Assembly: GCF_964213995.1 (NCBI RefSeq)
Contig: NW_027590150.1
Coordinates: forward strand, 558,001 to 622,000
Direction of reading: 5' to 3'
DNA: 64,000 bases
Origin: Mustelus asterias
Taxonomy: Eukaryota
The notes under the pieces were generated by a model, which saw only the letters and a program-made list of their open reading frames with translations, was not told the origin of the DNA and searched no databases. The first letter of the stretch is position 1; every line of letters starts with the position of its first letter. Made by a program: the position numbers and the translations under genes. Positions 61,213 through 64,000 of this stretch are shown here, in pieces.

Positions 61213-63076
61213 CGATAGTTGAGGCCAAAACATTGCCTGATTTCAAGAAGATATGAGATATACTCTTGGGGCTAAAGGGATCAAGGGATATGGAAGGAAG
61301 GGGCGAATCAGGAAATTGAATTCAATGATCAGCCATGATCAAGATGAATGGTGGAGCAGGCTCAAGGGGCCGAATGGCCTACTCCTGCTTCTAGTTTCTA
61401 TGTTTCTCTCCACTGGGCCAGCATTCCATCCAGTGGCACAGTGGTTCGCACTGCTGCCTCAAAAAAGCAAATACAACAATGGCTTTGGCATCTGCTACAA
61501 TGTGACTGACAGATTGACAACGGAGTCAAGGGCATCAGGAGCAAAAGATACCCTGGGAGGTGGAGAAGAATGCGACGGAGATTACGTGCGGGTCCTTGAT
61601 TGGTTTTCTAAAGAGATTCAGAAAGGAAGCAGCAAGTTGGAAAAAGTCCAGAATAAATTAATTTCCAGTTACATTGGAAACCTGTGCCTCACAGCTGAGT
61701 ACAAAATATAAAGAGTTGAGGGAACTGGTGGATAAGCTGCAGAATGGAGCTGATTGCTGGCAGGAGAGCACGTCTCACCTGGACAATCAGTTACATTGGG
61801 AACAGGGGGCAGATGATAGGGTGAGTGGAGCTCAGAAAAATCTACTGCTGTTCGGCCAAACTCTGGAACAAGATATTGATTTACAGTCAGAAAATATCAG
61901 ATCAAGTGAAGAGTTAGAAAATGCCGTGGGGACTTTGAGGAAGTTAATTCAGCCACAAAGTGACACCTCCCCTGAAGCAGACCACTCCCTGTGTTTAGCT
62001 AACATCAAACAACCTGAGACACAAATCAGTCACCAGTGAGTAAATGTAGTTGTTTTCTCCAAAAAAAGAATCACTGAAAGCACTCCCCCTTCTCCTCTGC
62101 CTCTCCTGTGTGATAAGGGAATGCAGGTGTGTGTGATTAGCCATGACTTCTGCACCATCATGATCCACAACGCTTACTCCAAGTTGGTTTGCCCAGTTGA
62201 AGGAATGCTGTACATTTGAGTCATAATTGTTGAAGCAGGGTGTTGTTTGAAAGCATCACAGATTCGAAGAATTAGTTTGGAAAGGGAATAAAAATTAATT
62301 TAATTTGAACTGCCGTGTGTTTCTGTTTGAAATAAATTCAGACTGTACTAAAATGTGAAAGGAATGTATTTGGGTTTGAAATTAAGTTGTTCAAGGTTAG
62401 AATTGTGAAGGCCAATTTGCTCCCAAAACACAAAGATCAGGCTGCAGTTTGGCAGCAAACCAGTTCCAACTTTCCTAAACATCTGAGTTAAAATTGTTGA
62501 GATTCGGTTAACAACATATTTCACAAAGTATTTCTTTCAACTTTGATTAAGTGGAAAATATTGAAAGTTGAAATTGGTGTTCAAAAAAGGATCGATAAAA
62601 GAGATGAAATTGGAACAAAATTGAAGAAAATAACACGAGAGAAGTTTTTTAAATTATGTAAGTTGATGCAATTGCCAAGTTTCCTCTGCCCACTCCCCGC
62701 CTCTCTCGGTTCCACAGAGAAGTTAACACTTTCAGCAGACAGTTGATTGTTATAAATCTCCACACAGCCTTTGTTTTTTAATGTAACCTATACTTGGACA
62801 TATTAACTCACTGAGATCTTGGCCAGAGCCAGATGGATTGTTTGTGTTTTTTAAACAGGTGATGATGGTTTCCAGCTCTGAGTGAAGTCAACAGTTTTGA
62901 GAATTAAAGCAGAGAATAAAAGACTTTACTTTTCAGAAAACCACCAAGCCTGCTTAGGATACTGGAATTGATAAACATCTGATGTGAGTTGCTATTTCAA
63001 GCATTGAAAATGGAAATCACCTGTTGTTTAAGGGAAAGAACAAAGTTGATAATGCCTGGAATCAAACACAAATTTG

Positions 63077-63435
63077 GGGCAGCACTGTGGCACAATGGTT
63101 CTCATGGCTGTCTCACAGTAAGAAGTCTCACAACACCAGGTTAAAGTCCAACAGGTTTATTTGGTAGCAAATAGGCCAGGGACCCGGTTCGATTCCTGAC
63201 TTGGGTCACTGTCTGGCGGAGTCTGCACGTTCTCCCTGTGTCTGCGTGGATTTCCTCCGGGTGCTCCAGTTTCCTCCCACAGTCAAAAAGACGTGCTAGT
63301 TAGGTGCATTGGCTAGGCTAAATTCTCCCGCAGTGTGCCAGAGCAGGCGCCGGAGTGTGGCGACTAGGATTTTCGCAGTAACTTCATTGCAGTGTGAATG
63401 TAAGCCTACTTGTGACTAATGAATAAACTTTGACT
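63077..63435 (+). mobile_element. HE1-like V-SINE with alternative tail; PLE fragment inserted at ~63114-63172
   Basis: Head and V-domain, then gcaggcgccggagtgtggcgactagg...gtaacttcattgcagtg...aataaacttt. Confidence 0.82.
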
Positions 63436-63691
63436 TCAAATATTCTTAAAGTTTTTAAAGTTTATTTATTAGTGTCACAACTAGACTTGCATTAACACTG
63501 CAATGAAGTTACTGTGAAATGTTCGGTTTCTTTTTAAAGATATTATGAGCATATTTCATGTTTTAAAAGATTCTCCAGAACTCCGGAAAGTGCAGTTTAA
63601 AGGAATGCATACATTCGGGTATGGAACATTCTGGTAAAGGGGAAGTATAGACGAGGTAAATGAGGTGACAGCTTTTTCTTGGAGATATTTA

Positions 63692-63957
63692 AAGTTTATT
63701 TATTAGTGTCACAAGTAAGGCTTATTGCAATGACGTCACTGTGAAATTCCCCTAGTCACCACATTCCGGCGCCTGTTTGGGACAATGCACCTAACCAGCA
63801 TGTCTTTCAGTCTGTGGGAGGAAACCGGAGTACCCGGAGGAAACCGACGCAGACACGGGGAGAATGTGCAAACTCCGCACAGACAGTGACCCAAGTCGGG
63901 AATCAAACCCAGATCCCTGGTGCTGTGAGGCAGCAGTGCGAGCCACCGTGCCACCCC
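63692..63957 (-). mobile_element. HE1-like V-SINE with alternative tail
   Basis: Same structure as 63077-63435, inverted. Confidence 0.82.
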
Positions 63958-64000
63958 TTGTTTGTTTCTTTGTCCATGAACTATTTGAGAGAACTGAATT

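Overview
Eukaryotic genomic DNA from a cartilaginous fish (shark-type IgM sequence, HE1 V-SINEs). Left third: the 3' part of an immunoglobulin heavy-chain mu (IgM) cluster on the + strand. It has >9.8 kb of J-C intron (no V, D or J segment recognisable in the window), four intact constant exons CH1-CH4 with secretory tailpiece, TM1 and TM2 exons and both poly(A) signals. About 1 kb upstream of CH1 lies a G-rich 20-bp tandem repeat headed by a perfect NF-kB site, with AID hotspots on both strands: a candidate switch-like region. Downstream come three decayed tRNA genes, then a cluster of KRAB-less C2H2 zinc-finger genes (four with open finger arrays, two pseudogenes, fragments). These share an unrecognised N-terminal leader, a 66-nt exon, a 3'UTR and paralogous CpG-island promoters. 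The window is dense in CR1 LINEs, HE1 and other tRNA-SINEs, a DeuSINE, Tx1-clade LINE pieces, and Penelope-like elements whose terminal repeats carry minimal hammerhead-ribozyme motifs, one in sense orientation in the IgM CH4-TM1 intron. Comparisons to known shark proteins and repeat consensi are from memory, not from database searches; repeat boundaries are approximate.
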